DNA from: Octopus bimaculoides
Lineage: Eukaryota
Length of the DNA stretch: 49,513 bases
Reading direction: 5' to 3'
Assembly (NCBI RefSeq): GCF_001194135.2
Contig: NC_068983.1
Span: 34,543,258-34,592,770 of the forward strand
Every line of letters begins with the position of its first letter. Position 1 is the stretch's first letter. Under the pieces are notes generated by a model. The model was not told the DNA's origin. It searched no databases and saw only the letters and a program-made list of their open reading frames with translations. This document shows positions 11,406-24,135 of the stretch, piece by piece. A program made the translations under genes and the position numbers.

Positions 11406-11443
<38 letters not shown>

Positions 11444-11449
11444 CAATTA

Positions 11450-12447
11450 TACAATTATATGCATGTATTCATACATATTTGTACATACAAGCATATATGG
11501 GTACAGGACATCACAAAAAACGTTAAACACAATGAGAAACGAAAACATAAAGACGAGGACAGAAGACGAACTTTTGTTTTCGAACAACGAAAAAACAAAC
11601 AGAGAAATGAGACATGCTACAAAGAATATTACCTATCTTCAGTTGTCCCTGCTCCACTACTCCGCAGTTCGAAGGCAAGGACAATACGCGACTTCGTTGG
11701 AGTAGTCCTTCCCGCAAGCAAATTAATTGAAATTTGGAAATTTTTGTGGTGGGTGAAAGGACAGTGAGACCAGGACAGTGAGAACAAGATAGTAAAAACA
11801 AGACAGGACAGTGACAATAAACTTTAAGGGCAGTTAGGCCAAGACGATAGAAAAATTATTATTATTTTGAACGCGAAGTTAGATGTGAATGAGAGAGAAC
11901 AAAATTCACGCCTTTTCTGTAGAAAGGCAGGAAGTAGAAAGAAAGAATCCCTTTCGTCACGTGTCAATGATGAGAGGGTCAAGGTGGAGGAGTAAGAGAG
12001 GGAATTGTGAAAGGAAGAGAAGAATCGGGGAGGGTTGGGCGAGAAAAATAGAAAGGATGAAGAACAAGAGAGGGAGAGAGATAGAGACAGGGAAGTGACA
12101 GCGATAGTAGTAGAATGCGCAGTAGAAAATATAAGATAACTTTCTTGGAGGCAATGCGTGGCGTTCGGTCATATAATAACATAAATAATATATAATTATA
12201 TGCATATATCCATACATATATGTACATACCGACATCTGTATGTATACATACAAGCATATATGGATACAGAACATCACATTGTCCTTGCCTTCGAAATGCG
12301 TAGTTGTTGGAGCAGGCACAACTGAAGATGGGTAATATTCTTTATGTTGCATATCTCATTTCTCTGTTTTTTGCCTTGTTCGAAAAAAAAAGTTCGTTTC
12401 CCGTCCTCGTCTTTATGTTTTCGTTTCTCATTGTGTTTAACGGTTTT
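11450..12447 (-). mobile_element. Non-coding PLE-like module: ~760-bp unit with partial direct repeat and ~170-bp inverted terminal copy
   Basis: 11450-11514 is a direct repeat of ~12195-12277, and 11515-11685 is the inverted copy of 12278-12447. No ORF of note. Confidence 0.7.
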
Positions 12448-12644
12448 CTCCCCAACACCGCTTGACAACCGGTTTTGGTGTATTTGCGTCCCCGTAACTG
12501 AGCGGTTCGGCAAAATATATCAATAAAATAAGTACCAGACTTTAGAAAACGCACTGCAGTCGATTCGTTGTAATAAAATCCTTTAAAGCGGTGCCCCAAC
12601 ATGGTCGCACTCTAATGACTGAAACACCAAAAAGATAAAAGATA
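12448..12644 (+). mobile_element. 3' half of a family B SINE
   Basis: CACCGCTTGACAACCGG...CCCCGTAACT.AGCGGTTCGGCAAAA...ATGACTGAAACA..AAAAGATAAAAGA. Confidence 0.85.
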
Positions 12645-14598
12645 TTACCATCAATGATCATATAGCTTATTTAATTATAAGTATATCTGTCAGACTCTCT
12701 TACCCAAACATATTCGGAACTGTGACGAATCATTACATATACATTAGATAAAATCAATAGCAAAATTCACTACATCGCCAAATTATCAATTCTGAACAAC
12801 AATGCACCTGTAATTTGCAGCTTTGTTAACATGCAAACATAAACAAGAATACAATTTTACACAATTATATATAATTGACACCTAATCTTCTCTCTGTAAA
12901 TGCCTATCATTAGCAGTATAATACTTGGCAAAACGTCATACGCAGAAAACAAATTATAAATAATACAATTTTGGAAATGAAACTTCTTAATAAGAGTTTA
13001 TAAATTCAGAACGACACAGATTCCTACGATATAAACATGGAAACCAAAATTTCCAATGAAATTTCGAATCTACTTGGAGTGTATAAATCTTAGTTGCATT
13101 CAGGAAGGACGTAAGCAAGATATTGAATGAGATGTACTTAACATTTATCTCTGAAAAATAGACTCAGAGTATTCAAGTATCTTAGACATAATATTTAACC
13201 TCGAATATGCAAAATTCAAAGTCATGTTAAACCAAACGTTTCTGAAATACCACACCAAAGCACTGAATCTACATGGAATTAATGTCTTCATACTCAGCTA
13301 TGCGAAAATATTTGATTAAATACAATAACCATACACCAAGCCCAGTACCGTGATCTCCAGATACAAGAAGATGCTACGCAAAAAGAGGAAACTTTGGTGA
13401 TTTTCTACTTACGGACAGAAAGGTTACTTACGGACAGAAATGTTAATGTTTCTTGTCTTCAATTATGAAAGCATCAGTTAGATCAGCCCTTGTATGCAAA
13501 ATCTAAGACATTTCAAGTAAAACCGAATATTAAATAAATTCAATAATTTGGTTTAATTCCGACCTCCTTACGATTGTTTGTTTGGGAGAAAAAAAAAACA
13601 ACACTATAGAATGGTTAATGTCCTGTCATTTTTAATAAATTCTCATAGTAATCACATGAGATGCTTCTTTTCTTTCTTTCTTAATTGTAGTAAACACATA
13701 CTGAGGCGTTAAATTCATACAAACGTATATTCGCACAAACCTCTACTCTGCTATGGCCAATATTATCGCCGTCCACCTCACCACAAATATATTGCGACAA
13801 ATAAGAATACACAAACATCTCCATCAAAGCATTGTTTTGAAATTTTTATTTTCTTTTTCTTTCTTTACTTCTATAATATTTCATAATTTAATTTGCAATA
13901 GCATCACAATAACCAAGGTGTATATTATGATTTTCATTGTCAAAACAATGACACAGAGAGACAAATTATCCATTTTTTATTAAATTTCCTTCTAAAAATT
14001 TGTTGGTTATGAAGAATCACACACGATAAAATTACAATAATTTTCTAATAAATCCACCCGCTTAATAACAATTCTTCTTTCAGGTACAGACAGTTGCATA
14101 AGACTATGTCACTAGATACAGAGATGGATAGACAAGTATTTACATAATAATCGAAAAGAAATTCCCACAAATATAGCACTTAAAATGAACACTCGTCTTA
14201 TCATAACCGTGAATTTATCATAACCGAAGCACAATGACAATTGCAGCATAGAAGGTGTTTATACGCCATTTAAAAACACGCAAAGAAACCTTTATATTCA
14301 CTTCAACATTTAAATTTAATTTGTCAAAGATATTTTCGTTGCTTTGAAACCCTGACTTGTTCACTGACGCTTCAATTGTTTTTGTTTCAGCACACGATCT
14401 CGGATCAGGTCACTTGTTATGCAAGTACATCTCCGAAGCACAGTAATATTTCCTGTAATTCGTAAATTTCAAACAATTAGCATTTATATGCATATCTACA
14501 TACACTCACGTACGAGAGATGCATGCCAGACGTTTTGAAAGTTCTTCAGGAGAGAAAATGCAGAGACATGCACACACAGAAACATGCATGCACACGCG

Positions 14599-14661
<63 letters not shown>

Positions 14662-15361
14662 NNNNNNNNNNNNNNNNNNNNNNNNNNNNNNNNNNNNNNN
14701 NNNNNNNNNNNNNNNNNNNNNNNNNNNNNNNNNNNNNNNNNNNNNNNNNNNNNNNNNNNNNNNNNNNNNNNNNNNNNNNNNNTATATATATACGCTTGTA
14801 TGTATATATGTATGCATACAATTATACACGTATGTATATATATATATATGTATATATATGACAAACTCCGCAATAGTAGGCGCTTTCGGGCTTCAGCCAT
14901 GCTTTTTATACACATATATACTTACAAGATTTTAATATGCCATAGATGTTTCGTGATTTATAACAAAACCCGTGCACCAGTTTTTGTATATCATAACATT
15001 GACTGAAGTTATTTTATTGACAACTAATTAGCATTATTGGTTTTATGAGAAAAAAAGAAAGACCGTCCTTTGTTGGTGAAACAAGTTAATTCTTATAAAA
15101 TGCAGATTATTTGAAGTTCATAAAGAATAAGAGAAAATGAAGACTTAGTTCTGGAACACTATTTAATTAAATTGTGTTGTTCATTCATGTCTCGACGCTA
15201 GTATCATAAATATTTTGTGCTATGTCATTTGCTAATTTAGAAAATTAAAAAAAAAGCCGAGAATTTAATATATAACACGAATGATTTAAATAATGTGTGA
15301 CTGATAAACAACTTTTTTAACAGAGCGCTAAAAGTGTTTACTAAAGTTACTTTCAAAATTT

Positions 15362-15643
15362 TGGCACAAGGCCAGTAATTTCAGGGAAAGGAGTAAGTCG
15401 ATTACATCGCCCCCAGTGTTCATTCGGTAATCATTTTATCGACTCCGAAGGGATGAAATGTAAAATCAACCTCCGTGAAACGCAATAACTCCATGTAATT
15501 AACTGGTACTTATTATATCGACATTGAAATGTTGAAAGTCAGAGTCGACCTTGGTGGAATCTGAACTCAGAACAAAAAGACAGACGAAATGCCGCTAACT
15601 GTTTCGTCCGGGATGCTAAAGATTCTGCTAGTTCAAAGCCTTA
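15362..15643 (-). mobile_element. Family A SINE with duplicated 3' portion (or two adjacent copies)
   Basis: Head and body lie at ~15480-15643. A second body and tail segment at 15362-15475 repeats the TTTCATCC...GTCGATAAAAT segment. Confidence 0.75.
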
Positions 15644-15737
15644 AATAGTTTACTAATATTCATACATGTTAGAATCTCAACTTTACTATAGAGTGAACTA
15701 AAGACGATTCACACAAAACACACGGACGCGCGCACAC

Positions 15738-15802
<65 letters not shown>

Positions 15803-17209
15803 TACACTCGCACGCATGTACTCACACATTCAAACACAAGCACTCAAATGCAGACACACGCATACAGCGCACACAGTATTTACTATTCCTTAGTACGCTT
15901 ATATTAATTAATTTCCTTTTAGAAAATAATGATATTGTTCTATAGTGTGTGCATGGTAATGGGATTTAATGTGTGCGAAGGCAACAGAATAGTCGTATTT
16001 GGACGAAATACATTTGTCCCAAGTGTCTAGGTTTGATATAGTGGATCACTATCATATGTTACTGTACACCTTGACTTGCAGTAAACGAGAAAAGCAAAAC
16101 ACACAGAAAAAATATTTTATAGAAAGCAAACATGTGTCAACGTGGGACATAAGCCTTCTCAACACTTGCATCTATCGTTTCCACATCTATACAAAGCGTG
16201 TAGGTACTCAGAGGGCAATCAACCGAAGGCATTTCTCTAAATTGAGCTATAATCATCATGTGCATACCTATGTACGTGTGTACGTACGTGCATACGTACG
16301 TCTGAGGGAAATTTCTTCATCTCATGCTTTGAATAAGATTAAAAACAACATTCAGAGTAACATGTCCATTACAATATTACCACATGACCCATTTGTATTC
16401 ATCATACTTCAGTAAATATAATACAACTTTTATGTGATCGTAAAATACCAGAGATGAAAAAATTAAGATTCGAGAATGTTAACAAAACAACCTTTAACGT
16501 TATCAAACTGAACTACGGGGCAAAAGATTAATGAATATAAGCGTTTCATAAAGTTTTAAATGCATTAGTTGAGTTATTGGTCGTAAGTTCAATACGTGAG
16601 TAACCAAAACACATACATAAGTAATCTGGTTCAAACGGAACTAGATTGCAGCGTCATAAGCAGAAGAAAAATTAATAGGAGAATACAGCTGACATATACA
16701 ACGGAATAAACCACGATTTACCACAATAGATTTAATAAAATTTGGTATTCGCGAGTACATGCCGTATCAAAATGGACAGAAAAATACAACTCACATTATT
16801 ACGAGATGGAATAACTGTGATCATATTTTCTATGAAATGTCACATATTAGAAATCCAACATGGACGTATATATGCATAAGTTCTGTCAGCCTATCTGAGC
16901 AGCGCTGTAAATGATTTTCAAAGGTGTGCTATTCTCGGAGCCATTTCGCTCAAAAATCAATCGGAAAATGTTATCACGTTAGCGAATCGCGAAACACACT
17001 TATTCACTGTACCAATCAAATATTTTGTGTTGCGATTACTTAAAGTAGGGTATAGCATGATGCTCGGAATTCAATGGCGACTGTACTCCGATTGGTTGTG
17101 CGTTTGGTTGCCAATGATTACGAAAATTTGTAATTCCCATTTTATTCCAAAATGGTGAAAAACGAAGTCAGTTTGAGAGAACAGATAGCAGATAAATTCA
17201 TCATTTAAG

Positions 17210-17430
17210 TTGATGTAATATAAAATAGATAATAATCCATCTCTTATTCAATATTGTCTTTTTATGAGATATCTAACTTTATCTATTTGATAAGAAGAAA
17301 AGGGTTGGTTCCGATAGAAGTCTTGATATTTGTATGTGAGTCTGTTTTGCTTTTATTCAAGTTACAGTGTTGTCTCTTTATGTCTTATTTCATTGTGGAC
17401 GCGTTTCTATTGTATTTATTGATAAGATAA
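17210..17430 (-). pseudogene. Possible highly degraded PLE GIY-YIG C-terminal remnant
   Basis: Broken frames give IGTNP.LL..KLDIS..KTILNKR, resembling the C-terminal region of PLE endonucleases. Confidence 0.3.
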
Positions 17431-18255
17431 TTACAATCATTGTCGTCCGCTAACAGTTATTATATTTTCAATGATTTGTCTGTATAGCTTTAACTGAATG
17501 GACAAATACAGAGGAAGGAGTCAAATTACAGACGTTTTAATTCTAAATGGAATTTCACTGCACCTTCCATGATCTAAACCTCGTTTAATGGGTTTTATAT
17601 ACACGAAAAATGCGATATTATCGCTATAGAATTACATTTTCAAATTTGCGAATGAACTGTAATCAATATAGGGTTAAAAGGCAAACTGACATATTCATTA
17701 GTGTGATATACTGACTGACTTTCCATATATACTACAGATTTCTGCGTTCTGAATTCAAACCCTACTGAGGTCAACTTTGTCTTCCCTATCTTAAAGATTA
17801 TTAAATAAAGTAATAATCAAATAATTGAATTGAATTACATACAGTGACAAGCAAATTATATGGAGTGAGATGATAAGCCCCCACTTTTATAGTATTTGAT
17901 TTGTGTTCAACACATCGGACAAAGCTGAAACCTGTTATGTAGACAGGTTTATGCCTAAGCTTATATATTTATTGTTCAGGAGAAAGAAAAATATGACGAA
18001 ATCAGTGAAAATGGTATGAAGGATGGGAAAATGAAATGGGAAAATGGATACATTAAGAAAATTGTACAATAAAACCTACAAAAGGGACAAAATATGTTAA
18101 AAATACGAAAACTGTGGAAGATAATAACATTTAGACACCTACTTTATATTAAATAATATTTACCATATGTAGTGGCTATGTGTGTATAGTTACCACTATA
18201 CGCAACCATTTATATACACGAATCTTTCCTTTGATTACATACTCGTATGCACACA

Positions 18256-18291
<36 letters not shown>

Positions 18292-18294
<3 letters not shown>

Positions 18295-18725
18295 CATTTA
18301 ACGAGCGCTTTCCTTGCTGGCATGTATCTGACCGGAACTGGTAAGCCAGAGGGCTGCACCAGGTTCCAGTCTGATTTGGCATGGTTTCTACGGCTGGATG
18401 CCGGTCTTAACAGCAACCACACTGCGCACTTTTTACATCCCACTGGCACGGGTGCTATTTACATGACACCGCCAACGGCCACGACTACGATTTCACGGGG
18501 ACCAATTACATGACAATAGCAACGGCTACGACTACGACTTCACTTCACTTGACGATTTTTCTCAAGCAGGGCACATCGCCAAAGATGCCGGTCACTTGTC
18601 ATAACCTCCGTTATGTTTAACATTCGAAGATCATGTTTCACCACCTCGTCCTATGTCTTCAACAGATGCCATCCGCAGTTAGAGATCAGCACTTCTTTAC
18701 ACAGGCGTCCCCATCCATACGCATT
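18292..18725 (-). mobile_element. Retroposon (SINE or LINE 3' remnant) with an RTE-like tail
   Basis: Plus strand CATCATTTAACG..CGCTTTCC.TGCTGGCATG...GGTTTCTACGGCTGGATGCC is the reverse complement of an RTE-type 3' end (GCATCCAGCCGTAGAAACC...CGTTAAATGATG). Confidence 0.7.
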
Positions 18726-18921
18726 ACATGACTATACCAGCGCAACATACATACACACATGCATACATATACACAAACATACATACATACATACATATAT
18801 ACATACATAGTTTTACGCACGTGCACACTCGCACACGCGCACACACATATAATGTATGTATTAATGCCTGTTTTTATATTTAGCTGTGATTTTTTGAAAT
18901 ATTTAACCTGGAATTGATGAA

Positions 18922-19050
<129 letters not shown>

Positions 19051-19300
19051 TGTCTGTCTGTGTGTGTGTGTGTGTGTGTTAAATAAAATGAGACGACAAA
19101 CCCAAAGCATGTGGAATTTATAGGATATTTATAAAGAGAAAGGTAGCCTTACACCTGTTCTGGGATATTAGGGATATCCTTTTATCAGAGACGATATGAG
19201 AGATTTAACCTGGGAGAAATAGTAGAATTCAAATAGTAGAGTAGAAAGGCGGCGAGCTGGCAGAAGCGTTAGCACGCCGGGCGAAATGCTTCGCGTTATT

Positions 19301-20932
19301 GTGAATACTGTTGTGTTACTTTGTGAAAACTGTCTCGGTAAATAATTTTGATTTTTGTGGAATTATTACGGTTGCATTTCATGTGAGCTACTGCATTTTT
19401 CCCAGCTATGGTAGTGTCTCCAGTATGGCGAGCTACGCCAAAGCCACTGCGGTGAGGAAGCCAGTGCCGCTGGAAACCAAGTTAATCAAGTTGGATACGG
19501 AGGAGGTGACCAGAAGCAGGAATTTGATAGAATTTGAGGGAGACTCATACAAATTGTGTACCCCAAAAGAGACTAAAGAAGAAAAAATTCTGAGGACAGT
19601 AGTGTATCGTACACAGGCTGTCGAAACCGGTAAAATTGAAATGGTGATGGGAGAGGAAATCGAGAAGTGCCTGGGTGAAATTGTCAATGAAGCCACGTAC
19701 ATTAACAGAGGAAGAAAGTTCGGTACGGTTGAGGTGTGGTTCGCCACTATAGAAGAGACAACCAAGCATGCAACCAACATACTAAGAAGTGAGAAAATAG
19801 CATTGCTACCAAGCTATAGAAGAAGAAGTGTGAAAATACGAATTCCCAGTGTTACACCAGAAATTAAACCAGAGTGGTTGCTTGCCACAGTGCTGGCTGC
19901 AACCAAGGAGGAACCGAAATTGGGACCAGTGGCGAAAACAAAAGTGTGCAAATGGTGGGGATTTGGACTCGAAATGTGGCTTTTTGCTACATTCGAGGAC
20001 ATAGAAAGAATTCCCTACCAGATAGAAGTGGAGGACGAGAAAACGTTAAATATCGTAGTCGAGGGAAGAAAACCAAATTGTTATATATGCGGGGAGAGAA
20101 GTCATATGAAAACCAAATGCCCCCTATATGAGTTCACACAGCCACAGCAAGAGAAAGCACAAGCAGAGGNNNNNNNNNNNNNNNNNNNNNNNNNNNNNNN
20201 NNNNNNNNNNNNNNNNNNNNNNNNNNNNNNNNNNNNNNNNNNNNNNNNNNNNNNNNNNNNNNNNNNNNNNNNNNNNNNNNNNNNNNNNNNNNNNNNNNNN
20301 NNNNNNNNNNNNNNNNNNNNNNNNNNNNNNNNNNNNNNNNNNNNNNNNNNNNNNNNNNNNNNNNNNNNNNNNNNNNNNNNNNNNNNNNNNNNNNNNNNNN
20401 NNNNNNNNNNNNNNNNNNNNNNNNNNNNNNNNNNNNNNNNNNNNNNNNNNNNNNNNNNNNNNNNNNNNNNNNNNNNNNNNNNNNNNNNNNNNNNNNNNNN
20501 NNNNNNNNNNNNNNNNNNNNNNNNNNNNNNNNNNNNNNNNNNNNNNNNNNNNNNNNNNNNNNNNNNNNNNNNNNNNNNNNNNNNAACGGATATGGTTGGT
20601 GGAGACACCAGCCCCTAGAACTGATTATTTGCAGTTGTTAAGGACGGACGTAACAATGATTAATGGAAGAAAGGTAACGCGAGTGTTTGAATTTTTTGAG
20701 TTACAAAACCGTTAAAATGTTTACATGATGTTGAACGTAAAAGTGAAAAACTGGATAAATATAACCACCCGACTTCGGGGATCGAGTGGACATTGTGCCT
20801 CATTTTTTTTCATTCTTGCATATTATCATTTTATTTTAATTACCCTGATTTTATGTTTAGATTTTGTACTGTCTTTATGTTTTGTGATGTCTTAAAAATT
20901 CTATGTATAGCCCTCTTGGGTAATAAAGAAAT
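19301..20932 (+). mobile_element. L1/Tx1-type non-LTR derivative encoding only an ORF1-like protein in the visible sequence
   Basis: 7-bp TSD CG(T/G)TATT at 19294-19300 and 20933-20939; 3' end TAGCCCTCTTGGGTAATAAAGAAAT; internal 415-N gap at 20170-20584. Confidence 0.75.
19425..20715 (+). CDS. Gag-like ORF1 protein with a CCHC zinc knuckle (interrupted by an assembly gap; 3' end uncertain)
   Basis: 248 uninterrupted codons from MASYAKAT; RRM-like segment GRKFGTVEVWF; VKIRIPSVTPEI; VVEGRKPN-CYICGERSHMKTKC (CX2CX4HX4C at 20079-20120). The post-gap frame RIWLVETP...FELQNR* is assumed. Confidence 0.8.
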
Positions 20933-21143
20933 CGGTATTTCTTCTGCCGCTACGTTCTGAGTTCTAAATCCGCCGAGGTCGACTTTGCCTTTCATCCTTT
21001 CGGTGTCGATTAAATAAGTACCAGTTACGCACTGGGCTCGATATAATCGACTTAATCCGTTTGTCTTTCCTTGTTTGTCCCTTCTGTGTGTAGCTCCTTG
21101 TGGGCATTAAAGAAATATATTTTCCTTTAGATAAATCTCTCAT

Positions 21144-21194
21144 AGTCTCTGATGAATGGATATACCTAATATTTCAGAAAAAAACTGTAATACT
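21144..21194 (+). ncRNA. Degenerate PLE-type hammerhead motif
   Basis: AGTCT-CTGATGA-AT-GGATAT...ATATTT-CA-GAAA-AAAACT-GTA-ATACT. Same layout as 626-666 and 1088-1099 (AGTCT...GAAACAGCTGTAAGACT), with decayed stems. Confidence 0.5.
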
Positions 21195-21429
21195 CCCTTT
21201 CTCTTTATAAGTGTCCTATAAACTCCACACAGTCTTGTTTTTGTTGTCTCATTTTATTTAACATAGACACGCTCACACAATTCCCGTACTAGACTCCTCA
21301 TTCGTATCATTATCGAGCAGGGAGTCTAACGACGGTACTCCCGTGGTACTTACATAGCCTTATCTGCCTTCTTGGGTCTTGGATGCCAATACCTTTCATA
21401 TATATATTTCATATATATATATATCTTTG

Positions 21430-21663
21430 TAGACCCTGTGACGTAGCTTTAAGGCTTGACCCTGGGAAACATTTGTTCAAGTGACATCTGGAGGTAGAGG
21501 TGGCTCCAGTGGCAGTCTGTTTGTACACAAGTTCAGTTATGTGGACTGGAGCAAAGTAGAAAGAACTGATTTGATCAAGGAACAACTCTGACCTGACCAG
21601 AAAGTTTACCACTATATTATGATCATGAAACCAACACACTTACCATTGGACCACGCGCCTTCC
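21430..21663 (-). mobile_element. Old tRNA-derived SINE (family D)
   Basis: Head GGAAGGCGCGTGGTCCAATGGTAAG (A-box-like), followed by a conserved-looking core GTT.CCTTGA.CAA...TTGCTCCAGTCCAC. Confidence 0.55.
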
Positions 21664-22664
21664 ATATACTGAGCCAATCACAAACACACATGCACACATA
21701 CACACGCACACAAACAGTCATACAAACAGACACACGTCGCAAACTCATGCATACACAAACACGCACACATGCATACCACTCACGCGCGCACACACACAAA
21801 TATACACACACGTCACACACTTATGCATACGCGAACACGCATACATACATACATACATACATAGATACATGCATAAAACGTGCGCGCACATACCACACAC
21901 ACGCGTGCACGCACGCGCGCACGCACGCACGCACACATATATGGTGGATGATGTTTTGTCTGTATGACCATGTCTTTCTGATTGCATTACAAAGTAAACT
22001 ATTTATTGGTAGATAGTATGTGCGCATGTGACCATGAGTGGCTGACATGACCAGCCTCAGAAAGACTAATTCGGTTCCCAGCTCAGCATTTTAAAGGATT
22101 TTTCATATCTCTAGAATATCCTGTTTCAAATGTAACTGTGTAATGTGATTCTCTCCAAACTATACGGCCATATTTACTATAAATATTCTTCATCATTCCA
22201 TATCAAAATTACCCCTAAAGTTTACATATGAATATTTTTATCACTTTTTTACGGATCAAATTTAATGGAGATTTTATGTCTTATCTTCACTTTTCAAGGG
22301 AATCTATATCAAAAACAATGCTCTCTATAGGGACAAGTATATAAAGTTCTTTCATGTTCTGTATGGAATAAATGGCCTCTCGATAACGATTCACAGAGGA
22401 CAAGAGAGATTCTATGCTTGCAATATTTGCTAAATCTGAGATATCAACATTTTTCATACAGTTTCTCCAACTTTATAGGTAAACTGAAAGATTAACACGT
22501 AGAAAAAAAGAAAGATGTCTCTTTCTCACTAGTTTGCATATTTTGTTTCTTTTCTCATAAAATACTACGCAGCTCGTAAAAAAATTCTCTTAAAATGTAC
22601 CTCTCCCCACTTATTTTCCCCTTATATATATGTACATGTGTATATCTATCTATCTATCTATCTA

Positions 22665-22711
<47 letters not shown>

Positions 22712-22964
22712 NNNNNNNNNNNNNNNNNNNNNNNNNNNNNNNNNNNNNNNNNNNNNNNNNNNNNNNNNNNNNNNNNNNNNNNNNNNNNNNNNNNNNNNNN
22801 NNNNNNNNNNNNNNNNNNNNNNNNNNNNNNNNNNNNNNNNNNNNNNNNNNNNNNNNNNNNNNNNNNNNNNNNNNNNNNNNNNNNNNNNNNNNNNNNNNNN
22901 NNNNNNNNNNNNNNNNNNNNNNNNNNNNNNNNNNNNNNNNNNNNNNNNNNNNNNNNNNNNNNNN

Positions 22965-22997
<33 letters not shown>

Positions 22998-24086
22998 GTG
23001 TGTGTGTATAGATAGATATAGGTATATATATATATATATATCCATACATATATAAATTGTGACGATATAAAATATGTGTGCATATATAGCTATAAATGTA
23101 TGTGTATAAATGTGTGGGCATGCGTCTGTGTGTGTATGAGTGCGTGCGTGTTTGTGTGTGTGTGTGTGTGTGTATGCACGTGCGTGGGTGTATGCGTGTG
23201 CGCGTATGTGTGTGTGTACATGAATTGTAAGCTGACACTCCCTGTTTTATATATGAATCGTATAAAACTTTACAAACGCTATTCTAGGGTCGAAAAAGAA
23301 GAGACTCTCTTAAGTGTTCTCCTTGACCGCGCTGGTGATTGTACGTTTCAGCACCTTCGTCTTGCATTTCAATTTATTTGCGTGAACTGTTTTATTAGTA
23401 TGCACGAACTAATAGTTCCACATCATATTTTCAACAACCCTAACTAGGAATCCTAAGCAAAAAGATCTATTGTAGCCGTATGTCACACATACTATCAATA
23501 TTTATGGTGCGAATTAATCCGATCAGTATTGTATATCTAACATTCTGAATTATCCACTTATAAATACATATAACTCATATAACGATATTACCAAAATCTT
23601 ATTTAGAAATGCAGTCGACAACAATACTATAGGTACATACAGGATCTAGAGCCATCTGTTGTAGCATTTTAGTTAATTATAGATTGCTTGTCTTGTTCTA
23701 CATATCTCAATTTAAATATTAGTTATATTCAAAATATTCTTAAGATATCGTTGATATATAATTGCCACGTATTATACGTTGTGATTATCTCCTAGAAAAG
23801 AAATCCAAATGGTGGCGTTGCATGGAATATGCACATGTCTGCTGTTAGCATTCTATTAGTTCATGTTCAGGGAGATTGTATTCAGTAATACAAATGGATG
23901 AATATAGCGAAGATGTAAATTAAACAGCTATGGACCCAGTGGCGATTCAATTCTAATATCTAACAAACATTGCTGGCATTGATTAAAGTTAGAAGATTGC
24001 ATTACATTTCCCTGCAAAACCACGCATACATACAAAGACATACACATACCCATACCCCCATACACACACAGAATCAAAGGCTCTAA

Positions 24087-24128
<42 letters not shown>

Positions 24129-24135
24129 GTATATA

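Larger units (their letters stand above)
19246..21117 (+). mobile_element. Family A SINE split in two (19246-19300 and 20933-21117) by a nested insertion
   Basis: The head AAGGCGGCGAGCTGGCAGAA...ATGCTT.GCG.TATT resumes as CGGTATTTC.TCTGCCGCTACGTTCTGAG, colinear with the copies at 42387 and 47846. Confidence 0.92.

Noticed and set aside
14872-14905. Minus-strand CTGAAG-CCC-GAAAGCG hammerhead-like words
   Set aside because: There is no complete core or stem II.
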